A stretch of DNA of 64,000 nt from Minutocellus sp. GHC0000111 (GCA_977018835.1 OZ361257.1:5332001-5396000), one strand, 5' to 3'. Counted from the first letter of the stretch, positions 1-10,351 are shown. Notes: a model not told the origin generated them from the letters alone. Made by a program: numbers and translations.

Positions 1-1209
1 TCGTTGGCGACGATGGAACCTGTGTTGCGCATCAGCTGGGCCAGATACGAAGTCTTTCCTCCGGGGGCGGCCGACATGTCCAAAACCCGCTCGTTGGGCT
101 GAGGGCTCAGGGCCATGACAGGACACATTGAGGCGGCACTCTGGAGCATGTAGTGTCCGGCGAGGTATTCTGGGGTGGCACCGACTGGGACGGGACTCTC
201 CGAAATCTTGAGACCAACCTTGGACCACGACGCGAGAGGGTCAAGGGTGACCCCACGCTTCAGCAGGGCGGCAGCCAGATCCTTTCTGCGAGCCTTGAGA
301 GTGTTCGTGCGGATAACGAGGGGGCGGGGAGAGTCAGATGCCGTTAGGAACTCCAATGTCTCTGCTGGACCAAACATGGAGAGGAAGTGCTCCACCAATT
401 CGGGAAGATATCCAAACAGCTCGGCCATATCCGATTGGAGTTGATCGATGTACTCCGATCGCGACCGACCCGGTTCTCTCCTCGTCTTGAAGTCGGCCAG
501 AACCTCCAATATGGCGTCGATCCGCTCCCGCAATTCCGTCGGAGGAACGACGCGATCCTCGTCGTCCTCCAGCTCCTCGGGCGTCGGTAGATGGAAAACC
601 TCCGTCGAGTGCTGGATGGTGCGGCGATACTCGGCCTCGGCCTCGGCTTCCTCTATTTCCATCTCCCGGTCGATGAGGCGCGATTGACGCTCCACCTCCA
701 GCATTTCATCGTCCGAATCCTCTGCGGAGGAAGACGAATCAGAGCCTCCGCCGTGGCCACTTCGCTTGACAAACTCGTCGTCTTCAGATCCACCATCGTC
801 GCTGGCATCACTATCATCCTCATCCGAACTTGACATGAGCTGCTGCTTGGCCTTGGCCTTTGACTTGGGCTTGAGCCAATCGGCATTCTCGTCGGAGAAG
901 AACGCCACATCTTCGTCCGAGTCGTCTTCCGAGTCTTCCTCAGAGTCTTCCTCCTCAGAGGAAGGAGGAGGAGCACGACGAGCAGAGCGAGATGCAGCCC
1001 GACCCACCACCTTCTTTCCCCCCTCCTCGTCAGAAGAGGAATCCGATGTACTAACAGCGCCAGCTGCGACTTGAATCGGCCGAGCGCTTCTTGACAGCCG
1101 TACTTCTAGTAGCTGATGCGCCCATCTTCTTCTTGCTGGGCGTCTTGGAAGACGGCGGCTTGGAGGAGCGACCGCTCCTTCGCAAGGCGGGTGCTGATTT
1201 GGTGCCCAT
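1..1209 (-). CDS. NOP2: Nucleolar rRNA m5C methyltransferase Nop2/NOL1 (5' part; runs off window start; one apparent frameshift between ~1080 and 1200)
   Basis: Minus-strand frame reads YFGYLPEL..FLxASDSPRPLVIRTNTLK..GATPEYLAGHYMLQSAASMCPVMALSPQPNERVLDMSAAPGGKTSY, preceded by an acidic/basic low-complexity N-terminus. The ATG at 1209 (MGTKSAP...) is one base out of frame with the rest. Confidence 0.93.
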
Positions 1210-1443
1210 GATTGCTCTTTACTGACTGACCACCGTGGAATGAGCAGAGAGGCAGGCGTTGTTCTGTTCAGGCAGATTTCGCCTTTCGCTTTGATGATTT
1301 GATTATTCGATGGCCAAGAAGCAGCGATGTGGAGTGAAGGACAGACCGAGCCACCGGCGGACGGCCGGCCCAAGCGCTTTTGCAAGCGCGCCCGAAAGCC
1401 AAGCATCTACTGCAGTGTACACTCACCGGCCGCACCGGTAACC

Positions 1444-3011
1444 ATGTCTGCCTGGGGAAAGGGCAGCTCGCTCCGCTCCTGCGACTCACTTCTCGAAAGG
1501 GTTGAGAAGAATGATCCAAATTTACAAAGTCTGGCTCTTCTGCCCCTAAAGAATTTCACGTCCGACGACTGCCTTCGGCTTGCTTCTGCCATTCGAGGCA
1601 ATGGTGCCGAGGGGCACTTACGTTCCATCCACGCATCGGGCCATGCGGTATCAGTGGAAGCCTTGGAGGCGTTGGGGGCAGCCGTTGCCTGTTCTGGTGG
1701 GAAAATCACATCGCTGGCCATCGGCGATTCACAAATGGGTGACGAGGGAATAACGGCACTTTGTCGCGGTTTGTCGTACGAGTGTGCTACACCCTCGGAA
1801 GGCTCGTCGTCACCTTCAGCTCCAGCTCCAGCATTACAGGTTCTCGACCTCAGCTACAAGGGTGCGTCGAAAGGGGCCATGAGAGCCCTGGGTGAATGCT
1901 TATCAGCAAAACGGTATTCTTCTCTCGTCTCGCTAGATCTGTCCCGAAATGAGGGCATTGGTGAGAACGGTGGCATTGAGGTACTTTCCCAGGCTTTTGA
2001 CTTGGCTCGTGGCGGCGTCGCATTTCGCCATTTGCGCACTTTGAATTTGGCACAGTGCAACATCGGCCCTGATGATGCAAGCAAATTGGCATCATTCCTT
2101 CTTGCGAATGTAAAGGAGGCCGACAAACCCATTGATGAAGATGACACAGATACATCAGTACATGTACCAGTAGGGTCACGATCTCGGTTCGAGCTAATTT
2201 TGAATGCCAACCCAATAGAGAGCACAGGGTGCATTTTCATCGGATCACTGTTGAGCCGACAAGGGATCTCCTTCCTTTCCTCTTTGTCGTTGGTGGATTG
2301 CAATATCGGTGACGATGGCGTATCAGCGCTTGTGGACACTGCGAAAGCAGGGGGATGCTCTGGACTTATTACTCTGGATTTGACCAAATTACTAAAGTGG
2401 GGGCCGGGAAATTATCTACTGCTCTTGCTACAGAAGATGGGACGGCGCTCATGTCCTCCTTGCGTGAGTTGCGCTTATCAGATAATGACATTGGAGGAGA
2501 AGGAATTACAAGCATATGTCGACACCTCGTTCAGGTTCCGCAGTGGAAACGTATTGACGACGATAAATTGGGATCAAACAGCACTCTGTCTATCCTGGAA
2601 CTTTGCAAGACCAATTGTGGAGCTGATGGGTTTGCAGCAACGATGAAGTGCGGAGCTCTGACAAAACTTCGACTGTTTGGCAATCGTATGGGATCGGCCG
2701 GGTTTCTTGCTGCAGCGCCACTACTCCGAGGAGGTCATCCGGCCCTGGTGGAGTTGGACATTGGTGGTAACGACGCAAAGGAAGACGCAATTGAGAACCT
2801 CTTGCGGGAGATCAGTGCCACTGATATCGACAATGCATTTGATTCCACCTTGCGGATACTTGAGATTGGAGGAAACGAAGTGGGAGAGAATGTGGAGCTC
2901 GCTCTCAAGCATCTCAAGGTGGTCCGGCCAGAGCTTGATGTTGCTCGAGACAAGCCAAAGAGCAATGAACCTTGGGCAGAAAGTGAGCAAGACGCCAATA
3001 TCGGTATGTAA
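1444..3011 (+). CDS. RNI-like leucine-rich repeat protein (frameshift near 2385)
   Basis: Repeated LxxLxLxxNxIGxxG motifs in two overlapping ORFs (1327-2646, 2355-3011) that join at ...ITLDLTK / QITKVG; first ATG at 1444. Confidence 0.85.
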
Positions 3012-3207
3012 AGGTTGCCTTGCTAGTCTAGAGTATGAATGAATGCTGATGAGAATAGAATTCTCATTTTCAAGTAGGTCGCTTGCATCGCAAGTTAATA
3101 TATCCTTACCTAGGTACGTTTATACTCTCCAGGCCTACGTGATACATGTAAGAGAGTACATTTATCACAAAATATGTAGGAATTCCTTTTTGTCGACGTT
3201 CGTGTCT

Positions 3208-3325
3208 TTTCACTCCATGATGGTCACCCCTTCTTGAGAAAAACAAAACAAATGCTTGCTCTCTTTTTGGATTCATTCATTTGTATTGTTCCCTTCGTAA
3301 AAGGGGGTCATTCTCATTAGCAAAA
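3208..3325 (-). promoter_or_regulatory. Candidate eukaryotic SECIS element in the 3' UTR of the DCC1-like gene
   Basis: Minus strand, folded by hand: helix I UUUUGCU-A-AUGA / UCAU-GG-AGUGAAA; core AUGAC (3311-3307) / UGAC (3226-3223); helix II CCCCUUUU/AGAAGGGG; AA 12 nt after AUGA; 19-nt apical stem with 2 mismatches; 23-nt loop. Confidence 0.75.
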
Positions 3326-3380
3326 TTTTCAATTGCCTGCGCTAGGAATTCCTACCGGTGCTTCCCATCTACTCCTTTGT

Positions 3381-4118
3381 CTAGCAATGTCTTTCTTTGT
3401 ACACGAGTGGTTTAGTCTCCTCCTTGGTATCATCATCATCGTCATGGTCATTGTCTTCTCGTCCCACCGGCATCCCTCCGCCATTTTCAACATCCCTTGC
3501 AGGCAATAGCTCAGCACTCTTTCCTCCATCGACACAGAATCCCCAACCCGGATCGAGCGGCTCCACCAGGCCCACCATTTTATCCCTGTGTTCAACCAAA
3601 TATGTGTCGCCCATGCCAAAAGCACGCTTCACACGTTTCCAAATCGTTCCTCGATGATTGGCGAACATTCTGCACCCGGCATCTCGAAGGCATGCCGGTA
3701 TCAGAAGTAGGAGAGCCCCCAGAAAGGTGTAAGGGAAACCCATAAACTGAAAAAGCTTCAAGACCGAGGTGGAGTGCGTATAACTCCCACCATCGGTATC
3801 GATGAGGGCTGCCGTGGACACGTCGGTCGGCAATCCTCGCGATTCGAGCATGGCTTGGGCATACTTTGTTTGGATGGGCGAGAATCGCAACTGGTCGGAT
3901 CGATCCCGAGACGAAACAAATCCGACCAGGTATTTTCACACGCCTCAGGGGCCGTCGTAAAAGAACGTTGGGTGTGAGGGAGGGGGTGTAGGAGAGGAGC
4001 ATGGGGCAGTTGCGTCAGTTGCGCCATCGGCCCTCGCTGTCATTGCAGGTACAGCCGCGTTGGTGGCGGCGGCGGCGGCTCTTGGCCGCTTGCCGCATGT
4101 AGTCGTGGGGGAGCACAT
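3381..4118 (-). CDS. DCC1-like (DUF393) thiol-disulfide oxidoreductase, predicted selenoprotein with a DxxUxxU motif
   Basis: ORFs 3945-4142 and 3381-3890 are in the same frame: ...TFFYDGP*GV*KYLVGFVSSRDRSDQLRFSPIQ...YTHSTSVLKLF..IPACLRDAG..FANHR. TGA at 3947-3945 and 3938-3936 fall on both Cys of DxxCxxC. Start at ATG 4118 or 4043. Confidence 0.85.
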
Positions 4119-4318
4119 AGTGGAGGATAGGAGCCAATTCACTTCTACGTAGCATAGCTCGCTAGGATCCCTAGCTAGCTAGCTACGTATCTACCAGAGT
4201 CAAGTCGACTTACTAGCTAGTATGGCGGCAAATGAATGCTAATGACTGACTCTCGTGGCATATCTCTCCTTCCAAAGCGCGCATCTTCTATTTTCCGACT
4301 GCTAACAAGAAATTGACG

Positions 4319-5191
4319 ATGAGCCACCTGCCTGTTCATCGTAATGCCCACCGCCGTTGGCTTGGCAGGATGACCACCAGAATGTGTACCAAAGGCAAAA
4401 ACGACAAGGAGGCACTGCCCCGCTTCGTTGTCACAGGTTTCGGGCCGTTTCGGGGGGTGGCAGAAAATCCTACGACGACCATCGTCAACGAATTGCACAC
4501 GTACCTAACCAATGTCTGCGACATTGGACTGAGCAGTTGCACTCCGAAGCGGTTGGCCTCCAACGTCACGACACACATCTTCGAAACGTCAGCAGAAGAT
4601 GTAAGGCAGTGGCAAGACGAATGGATCGATAGATTGTCGCGTGGTGAAACAGATTCCGAAGCGGCCGCGGCAGAATTGTCTGACCAGGGGAGAAACGATG
4701 TTGTATTGCTCCATCTTGGCGTTCACTACAAGGCCAAATGTTTTCACTTGGAAAGCTCAGCCTACAACGATGCCTCGTTTCGAGTTCCTGACGAGCGCGG
4801 CTATCAACCCAATGGTGAATGTGTGTTGCCAGCGGGTGATGGATGTCATGGAGATCGGTTATCAACAACTCTCAAAGTACCGGTCTTGGTTAAGAAAATG
4901 GAGTCGCGTGGCTACCCTAGCAAGCTGAGCGGTGATCCTGGGCGATTTGTTTGCAACTACACGTATTGCTATTCTCTCAACAAGTGCAATCAATTCAACT
5001 CAACGGTGCTACCTCCTGACACAGCCAGTGTTGTAGATCTAGTGGATACTCCAAAAAGAAGGCCAACTCTCTCTTCCCTCTTCGTTCATGTGCCTCTCTT
5101 TCACGTCACTGCGAAGGATCAGCAATTGGAATTCTTGGCTGTGCTTCTTGATGAGATATCAGTATGTCTTAGGGGGGAACGTTCGAGCTAG
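4319..5191 (+). CDS. Pyroglutamyl peptidase I (peptidase C15)
   Basis: VVTGFGPF.GV.ENPT, LHLGV, LESSAYN (Glu), DPGRFVCNYTY (Cys), FVHVP (His). Start ATG 4319 or 4369-region uncertain. Confidence 0.92.
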   Translation: MSHLPVHRNAHRRWLGRMTTRMCTKGKNDKEALPRFVVTGFGPFRGVAENPTTTIVNELHTYLTNVCDIGLSSCTPKRLASNVTTHIFETSAEDVRQWQDEWIDRLSRGETDSEAAAAELSDQGRNDVVLLHLGVHYKAKCFHLESSAYNDASFRVPDERGYQPNGECVLPAGDGCHGDRLSTTLKVPVLVKKMESRGYPSKLSGDPGRFVCNYTYCYSLNKCNQFNSTVLPPDTASVVDLVDTPKRRPTLSSLFVHVPLFHVTAKDQQLEFLAVLLDEISVCLRGERSS

Positions 5192-5767
5192 CTAGAATGC
5201 TGTTGTAATATTGCACGAAAGCAGGAATTCTTCTTGTGTAATACATGGCAAACACATCAGTGATTTTCGTGAAACCTGTTCCTCCTACATGTATCTCTAC
5301 AAGATGGCAATTTGCAAATTCGATAAACATTTACATGTACGTAGACTCTAGACTAGATTGTATTTTAACCTGTACAATTAGATCTCTATGTACCTAGACT
5401 CTATGTAGGTACGAGTTCGTATCGTAATAGAAGTACTATTAGATCTACTATGGAAAATAGGCGCCACAGGTACGGTACATGTAGGTCTAGATCTACATGT
5501 ATATGAATGGATGAATTTAGATCCAGGCCTCCAGATCTACTACCGGTCGATCGCTACATGTATGCATGTGGCTACACACATGTAGGCTACATGTATCTAG
5601 CTAGCTAGTATCTGCTGACAACCATACATGTATCTAGATCTATACGCAGGCATCACATCACTCTTTTGTTGTCCCTTTTCGTCATTTAATTTACCATTGT
5701 TAGCATTCTAATTTTATTTTATTGTACACATATGGCTACATATTTAATATACTTGTACAAGCGATAT

Positions 5768-6112
5768 CGAGGACGACAGAAGTGACCGTACCGAGAAGAA
5801 CAACTAGGAGCCAATCAACCAGACTTAATCTGGCAGCTACCTTCGAAGGCTTTGTACCGGCCAACAACCCCAACGCTTGGAGAGATCGTGACCTCGAGTA
5901 GGTTCACACACATACTGGTCCTTACCCCTCACCCTCACTCAATCTTGCCCTACATGTACAATGTTCACAATTGCGATTTTTAGTTTATGTTATTGATATT
6001 CGTTCTTACTGATGCAAATGAGGCTACCTATTCAATCGAATCTGGTTCCAACTTTTCATTACGATAGATAGATTTAAGCTAAATTTAGCGGGACGACACC
6101 ACCACCACCACC
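5768..6112 (+). mobile_element. 5'-truncated non-LTR retroelement fragment with (CAC)n tail, copy 1
   Basis: Ends ATAGATTTAAGCTA..TTAGCGGGACGAC(ACC)n; flanked by an 11-bp direct repeat ACAAGCGATAT (5757-5767 / 6113-6123); homologous to copies at 8378-8881 and 16011-16170. Confidence 0.75.
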
Positions 6113-6144
6113 ACAAGCGATATATTGGCCTAGGGGCTTATTCC

Positions 6145-8091
6145 TCATGCAGACCGGGCAGTGGAGCCCCGACGACGCCTTTGTTGAACAGCGGTAGAGC
6201 TAGTAGATGCAGAATTTGAAATGGTAGAAGCTCTTCGTTCTTGAATTGTCCGAATGGTTTCAATGCTCTCCTCGGCCAAGCGGGTATCAGCACAAGCAAA
6301 GAGATACTTGATTCCATGCCAAGTGGGCTTGGATGCCACATCACATTCAATCTCTTCCACCATCAAGGTGGTGAGTTCTTCCAAGTTTAGACCAGTTGCC
6401 AACGCTAGCCTTGCAACAAAAGCTGCAAACTCTCTTGGATTGAGCTCTTGCTCAGACCCGTTGTTGACGTTTCCCATTGAAATATTATCGAGAATTTTTA
6501 GACACTCCAGGCTTTGGATTCTCACCTTAGAACTGGAACATCGGACTCTATTGATGACGGCCCAAAGTTCATTCTTTTCCAAGACGCCGTCGTCGTTAAT
6601 GTCCATTAATCTGAAGAGCCTGTCGCACTGGGACCATCCATTTGCGTCGTTGTGAATTTTGACAATGCTGTCCGGAGCTTCTTGTTGACTTTTTCGCCTT
6701 CTCGCGGCCTTCTTCTTTTCGGCCATTAAGTAGAAAGTAACCTCATCGAGCGATACTGCAGCCTCCACAGCGAATTTAGAAAGGAAGAAACCGAATTCTC
6801 GTCTAGAGATTGTCACGTGTAGAAAAATAGGAGGAGCGAGGAAAGGATTATACATGCGCATGCACCTTCTTTCGTTCTTACAGTGTTGGGATTCCTATTC
6901 TACATGTAGCAACATAAGAGCAAGCATCGTGTCCCGTGGTACTCACCTATCCAACACTCCATTATTATCCTCGTCGACTTCGGTCATTATGTCATATATC
7001 ATGGAAAGAGGGCACTTGAGACCGCCTTGCTCAATCAGACCTCCGATACCAGCGACAAGTTCCTCCCTCGACACGGACCCTGATCGATCGATGTCGAAAG
7101 CGTCGAACAACAATGGCATCATTTTCCATCCTTCTAGTGCAAGATCTACCTCTCGCAAGGACTTTCCTTCCTCCATGAGAGTCGTCACGCAATCAATGAG
7201 CGGTATGCCAGATGCTAAGCTGTAACGAGCTAACAAAGCAACGAACTCTGCATTTGAATTGAAAAACAAGATCATAAATAAACAAGAGCATGTCAGATAG
7301 ATATTGATACACTTCTGTGTCCGTCTGTCACGACGTTTGGGGACAAACATACCTGTTTGGTCGAGTTCAGAATCGTTGTTGCGATCCACTTCGGTCATCA
7401 TGCTCATTAATTGCGAGAAGGTTGCATTGATGTCGAATGATCGCAGGGCGATGGATATTTCGTGTCTGCTAATCGTACCACTTTCATCGGCGTCAAATTG
7501 TTCGAAAAGGATAGGCACGAGATCCCATCCAAGAGTCTTGAAATGCTGAGTGTCATCAATTAGTGACGTCGCCACCCTCTCGAGAGACATTCCCATGAGC
7601 GATGCTAAACAGAGAAGGAAGGTGCCAAACTCACTCCGGTCCAGCTGGTTGTCTCCGTTGACGTCTGATTCTGCCATGAATTGTTCGATGTCCTTAATGT
7701 GTTGTTCGGTGATGGGCAGCCCCTTATCACGTATTTTTCTCACGCAACCCAAAATCACCTCCGCGCGATCCAGTGTCCCTGAATTATCAACGTCGAGCAT
7801 ATCGAAAAGGAATGGCATAAGACGGATGCTCTCATCTGATGTGCTCGACGACGCAGTCTTGGCGCTTGTAGTGTTGGTGGCGCCGTCGGTGGCAGTGTTG
7901 CTGGTTTTGAATGTCTTGCTGCCGCCATCAACGTCGCTGATAGCGTCGTAGACACCAGGATCGACAGAGTCTTGATGAATTGAAGGCATTTTTTCAACAG
8001 TCCTCGAGCCCCTGCGACTCCTCCTTCGCGTCCAGCGTTCAGTCGGAGACTCGCTCCTGTCGACAACGGCACTTTCACAGCTCCTCGTCAT
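6145..8091 (-). CDS. Multi-EF-hand calcium-binding protein (4 EF-hand pairs); introns 7248-7352 and 6803-6946
   Basis: Loops DVDNSGTLDRAE, DVNGDNQLDRSE, DADESGTISRHE, DRNNDSELDQTE, DIDRSGSVSREE, DEDNNGVLDRRE, DINDDGVLEKNE plus one degenerate loop; both GT-AG introns give a continuous frame. Confidence 0.88.
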
Positions 8092-8377
8092 TGCTCTAGC
8101 TAGAGTTTGCTGGCGGCTTAGGAATTCCTTCTACGCAAAGTACTACGTGATGGGGAAAAGTCAAGATATGGCGTTGGGGGAGATGGCATGCATGTATGTG
8201 GACACTAATTGTTGGGTCTTGGTCTTGGCCTCCTGCGCCGTTCTGCAGTTCTTGAGCCGCCGCTTCATGACAGACAGAAGGTCCGCCATTATTTCACCTT
8301 GGCAGATTTGTCGAAGAAGACAGCAGTGTGCATGGAGACGACGGTGCTGAAGGAAAGAGGAGAGATGAATTTCTGGA

Positions 8378-8881
8378 TGGTGGTGGTGGTGTCGTCCCGC
8401 TAAGTTATATAGCTTAAATCTATCTAATAGAACCCTATTCGGAAATAGGTAGCCGCTTTTGCATTAGGAATTCCTACATGTAGCAAGAGCACACATCACA
8501 CTTTTTCTTTTCTTTTCACCCAGTCTACATAGATCTATGCCGTCAATCAATATTGATGGAATGTAAAGTCTCTATATAGAGCTATACCAAGGAGTTCACT
8601 TTTATGTGAATCTATAGACTATAGTATATGATGTGAGTGCTTACTGATGCAAGTGCGGCTACTCATTAACTTGAGGTTCAAATAGATTTAAGCTACAGTC
8701 CACCGGACTGTACTACTTAGCGGGACGACACCACCACCACCACCACCACCACATCACACTTTCATAAATTCATACATGTAAAAAGATTGTAGGATTCCTA
8801 GGAATTCCTACATTGACATGTAAAAGATTGTAAAGAATCACATGGCATCAAAGGACCAAGTCACAAGTCTCGATGTCTCGC
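8378..8881 (-). mobile_element. Same retroelement family, copy 2 (minus strand), interrupted by copy 3
   Basis: (TGG)nTGTCGTCCCGCTAAG..AGCTTAAATCTAT at 8378-8423; segments 8421-8504 and 8751-8881 align end to end with 16011-16170. Confidence 0.7.
8505..8750 (+). mobile_element. Retroelement copy 3 nested in copy 2 in the opposite orientation
   Basis: Same 3' end and (CAC)n tail; TSD ACATCACACTTT at 8493-8504 / 8751-8762. Confidence 0.75.
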
Positions 8882-8912
8882 AGATATATGTACAGTCCAG
8901 CTACATGTAGAC

Positions 8913-9857
8913 TCAATTACATGTACCGGTACATGTACGATCAAAGCTGGGCAAAGACCATCGTCCTAGCTTGCCATCTTTATATTCTCCAGGCATGTGA
9001 GAAGTGTCACTGTACAGGTCAAGGGTCCACCTATTAGAATTTTCATTTTCTTTCCCTTCTCCTTCGCTATCGACAGCTTTACTGGGGCGGCTAAAGAGGG
9101 TCATTCCACCGAGCGACCAAGGACCGAGCTCGGGAAAGTCCTCCGGTTTTTCTCCACCCATGAGCGCCAGAGCCATCGATTGGACACAAGGGGCATGACC
9201 AACGATGGCGAAGGAATCAATGTCTCCGATGTCGGCCAGTATTCTCTGGATAGTGCACTGACATCGGCGGTGCAGCTGCTCCTCGGTCTCTGGAAACCTG
9301 GGCGGATAGATGGATGAAGTATCACGATTTGCTTGCTCATCATCGTCCCCCTCGTTGCTAGCCGTCCGATCAGGTCCCTCTGGGTTGATGCTGCGGTACT
9401 CTCGGTCAATAGTATCAGGAAACAGCTTCGCGAGCTCTTCCGTCGATCGCGGATGGGTCCGCTCCCCGTCCTTGTCGACTAAGAGAGATGGTACCTGCCA
9501 CTCCGTTGTGCCCGACTCGACGCGAATCTTGATGCCGTTGCTGTTTTGACCACTACTGGACCTGCCGGTGCTATTGAGCGTCTTGGCAATGACGTCCGCG
9601 GTCCTCATGCATCGCAAAAAGGGATCGCTGTAAAGGATCTTGGGCACGGAATCGCCGGGTGAGGAAGATTCGCTGTGACCAGAAGCAAGACGTTCTGCAA
9701 CGGCAGCAGCGTGCACTATGCCGTCGGGATGAAGATCACTGTCGTAGTTTCCAATATTTTCCAAAAGTGGCGGGTCAGTCCTCCCATATCGGATGAGCAA
9801 GACATATTGGCGCCGCCCCTCCGTCTGCTGCTGGACTGTATCGTTGTTGCTCGTCAT
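8913..9857 (-). CDS. Histidine phosphatase (phosphoglycerate mutase-like) superfamily protein with RYG in place of RHG
   Basis: LLIRYG, LYSDPFLRCMRTA, G.TEW, FPETEEQL..RC, IVGHA motifs. Confidence 0.8.
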   Translation of the reverse strand: MTSNNDTVQQQTEGRRQYVLLIRYGRTDPPLLENIGNYDSDLHPDGIVHAAAVAERLASGHSESSSPGDSVPKILYSDPFLRCMRTADVIAKTLNSTGRSSSGQNSNGIKIRVESGTTEWQVPSLLVDKDGERTHPRSTEELAKLFPDTIDREYRSINPEGPDRTASNEGDDDEQANRDTSSIYPPRFPETEEQLHRRCQCTIQRILADIGDIDSFAIVGHAPCVQSMALALMGGEKPEDFPELGPWSLGGMTLFSRPSKAVDSEGEGKENENSNRWTLDLYSDTSHMPGEYKDGKLGRWSLPSFDRTCTGTCN

Positions 9858-10047
9858 CGAGTGCTGTATTGTACGGTACCGGTTTGACTGACTGCACGAG
9901 AATTCGACAGTGTGTGTAGTCGTCAGTCACCTACGAACGAGTAGTCGCGCCATCGGCCAGAGCAGTCATCGATCGTCATTGCGTCATTGCATATGGCAGG
10001 CATCCCTTTCCGCCGACCGTCTACAATTGTAGCACCTTGAAGATCTA

Positions 10048-10224
10048 CAGTCCGTTTTCACCTATAAGCAATTGAGACTCGGGCCCGAGGTCTCAAATTG
10101 CTTATTTTGGAATAAGGAATAACATGGGAATGTGGTACCAATTAGCTCTTAGAATAAGCAATATGCTCAGAATCTCAGCCCTCACCTAAGCAATTACCAA
10201 TTGCTTATAGGTGAGAACAGACTG
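10048..10224. mobile_element. Tc1/mariner-type MITE (CAGT termini, TA TSD), 177 bp
   Basis: TA|CAGTCCGTTTTCACCTATAAGCAATTG ... CAATTGCTTATAGGTGAGAACAGACTG|TA; 27-bp TIR with 2 mismatches. Confidence 0.88.
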
Positions 10225-10258
10225 TACGCCATACATACCGGTACATATGTATTACCGG

Positions 10259-10351
10259 TACGCAAACGATTATTGAGTGGTCAACTCGGGCGAGACACGC
10301 AAACGAGGAGACACATACATTACGCAAACGATTATTGAGTGGTCAACTCGG
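10259..10351. repeat. Two exact copies of a 31-bp direct repeat
   Basis: TACGCAAACGATTATTGAGTGGTCAACTCGG at 10259 and 10321. Confidence 0.85.

Noticed and set aside
6005..8466. Pack-type DNA transposon carrying the EF-hand gene between inverted repeats
   Set aside because: The left repeat has its own TSD and tail, so the two copies are independent retro-insertions.
10259..10351. CRISPR-like repeat-spacer-repeat
   Set aside because: Only two repeats, the spacer contains part of the repeat, there are no cas genes, and the context is eukaryotic.
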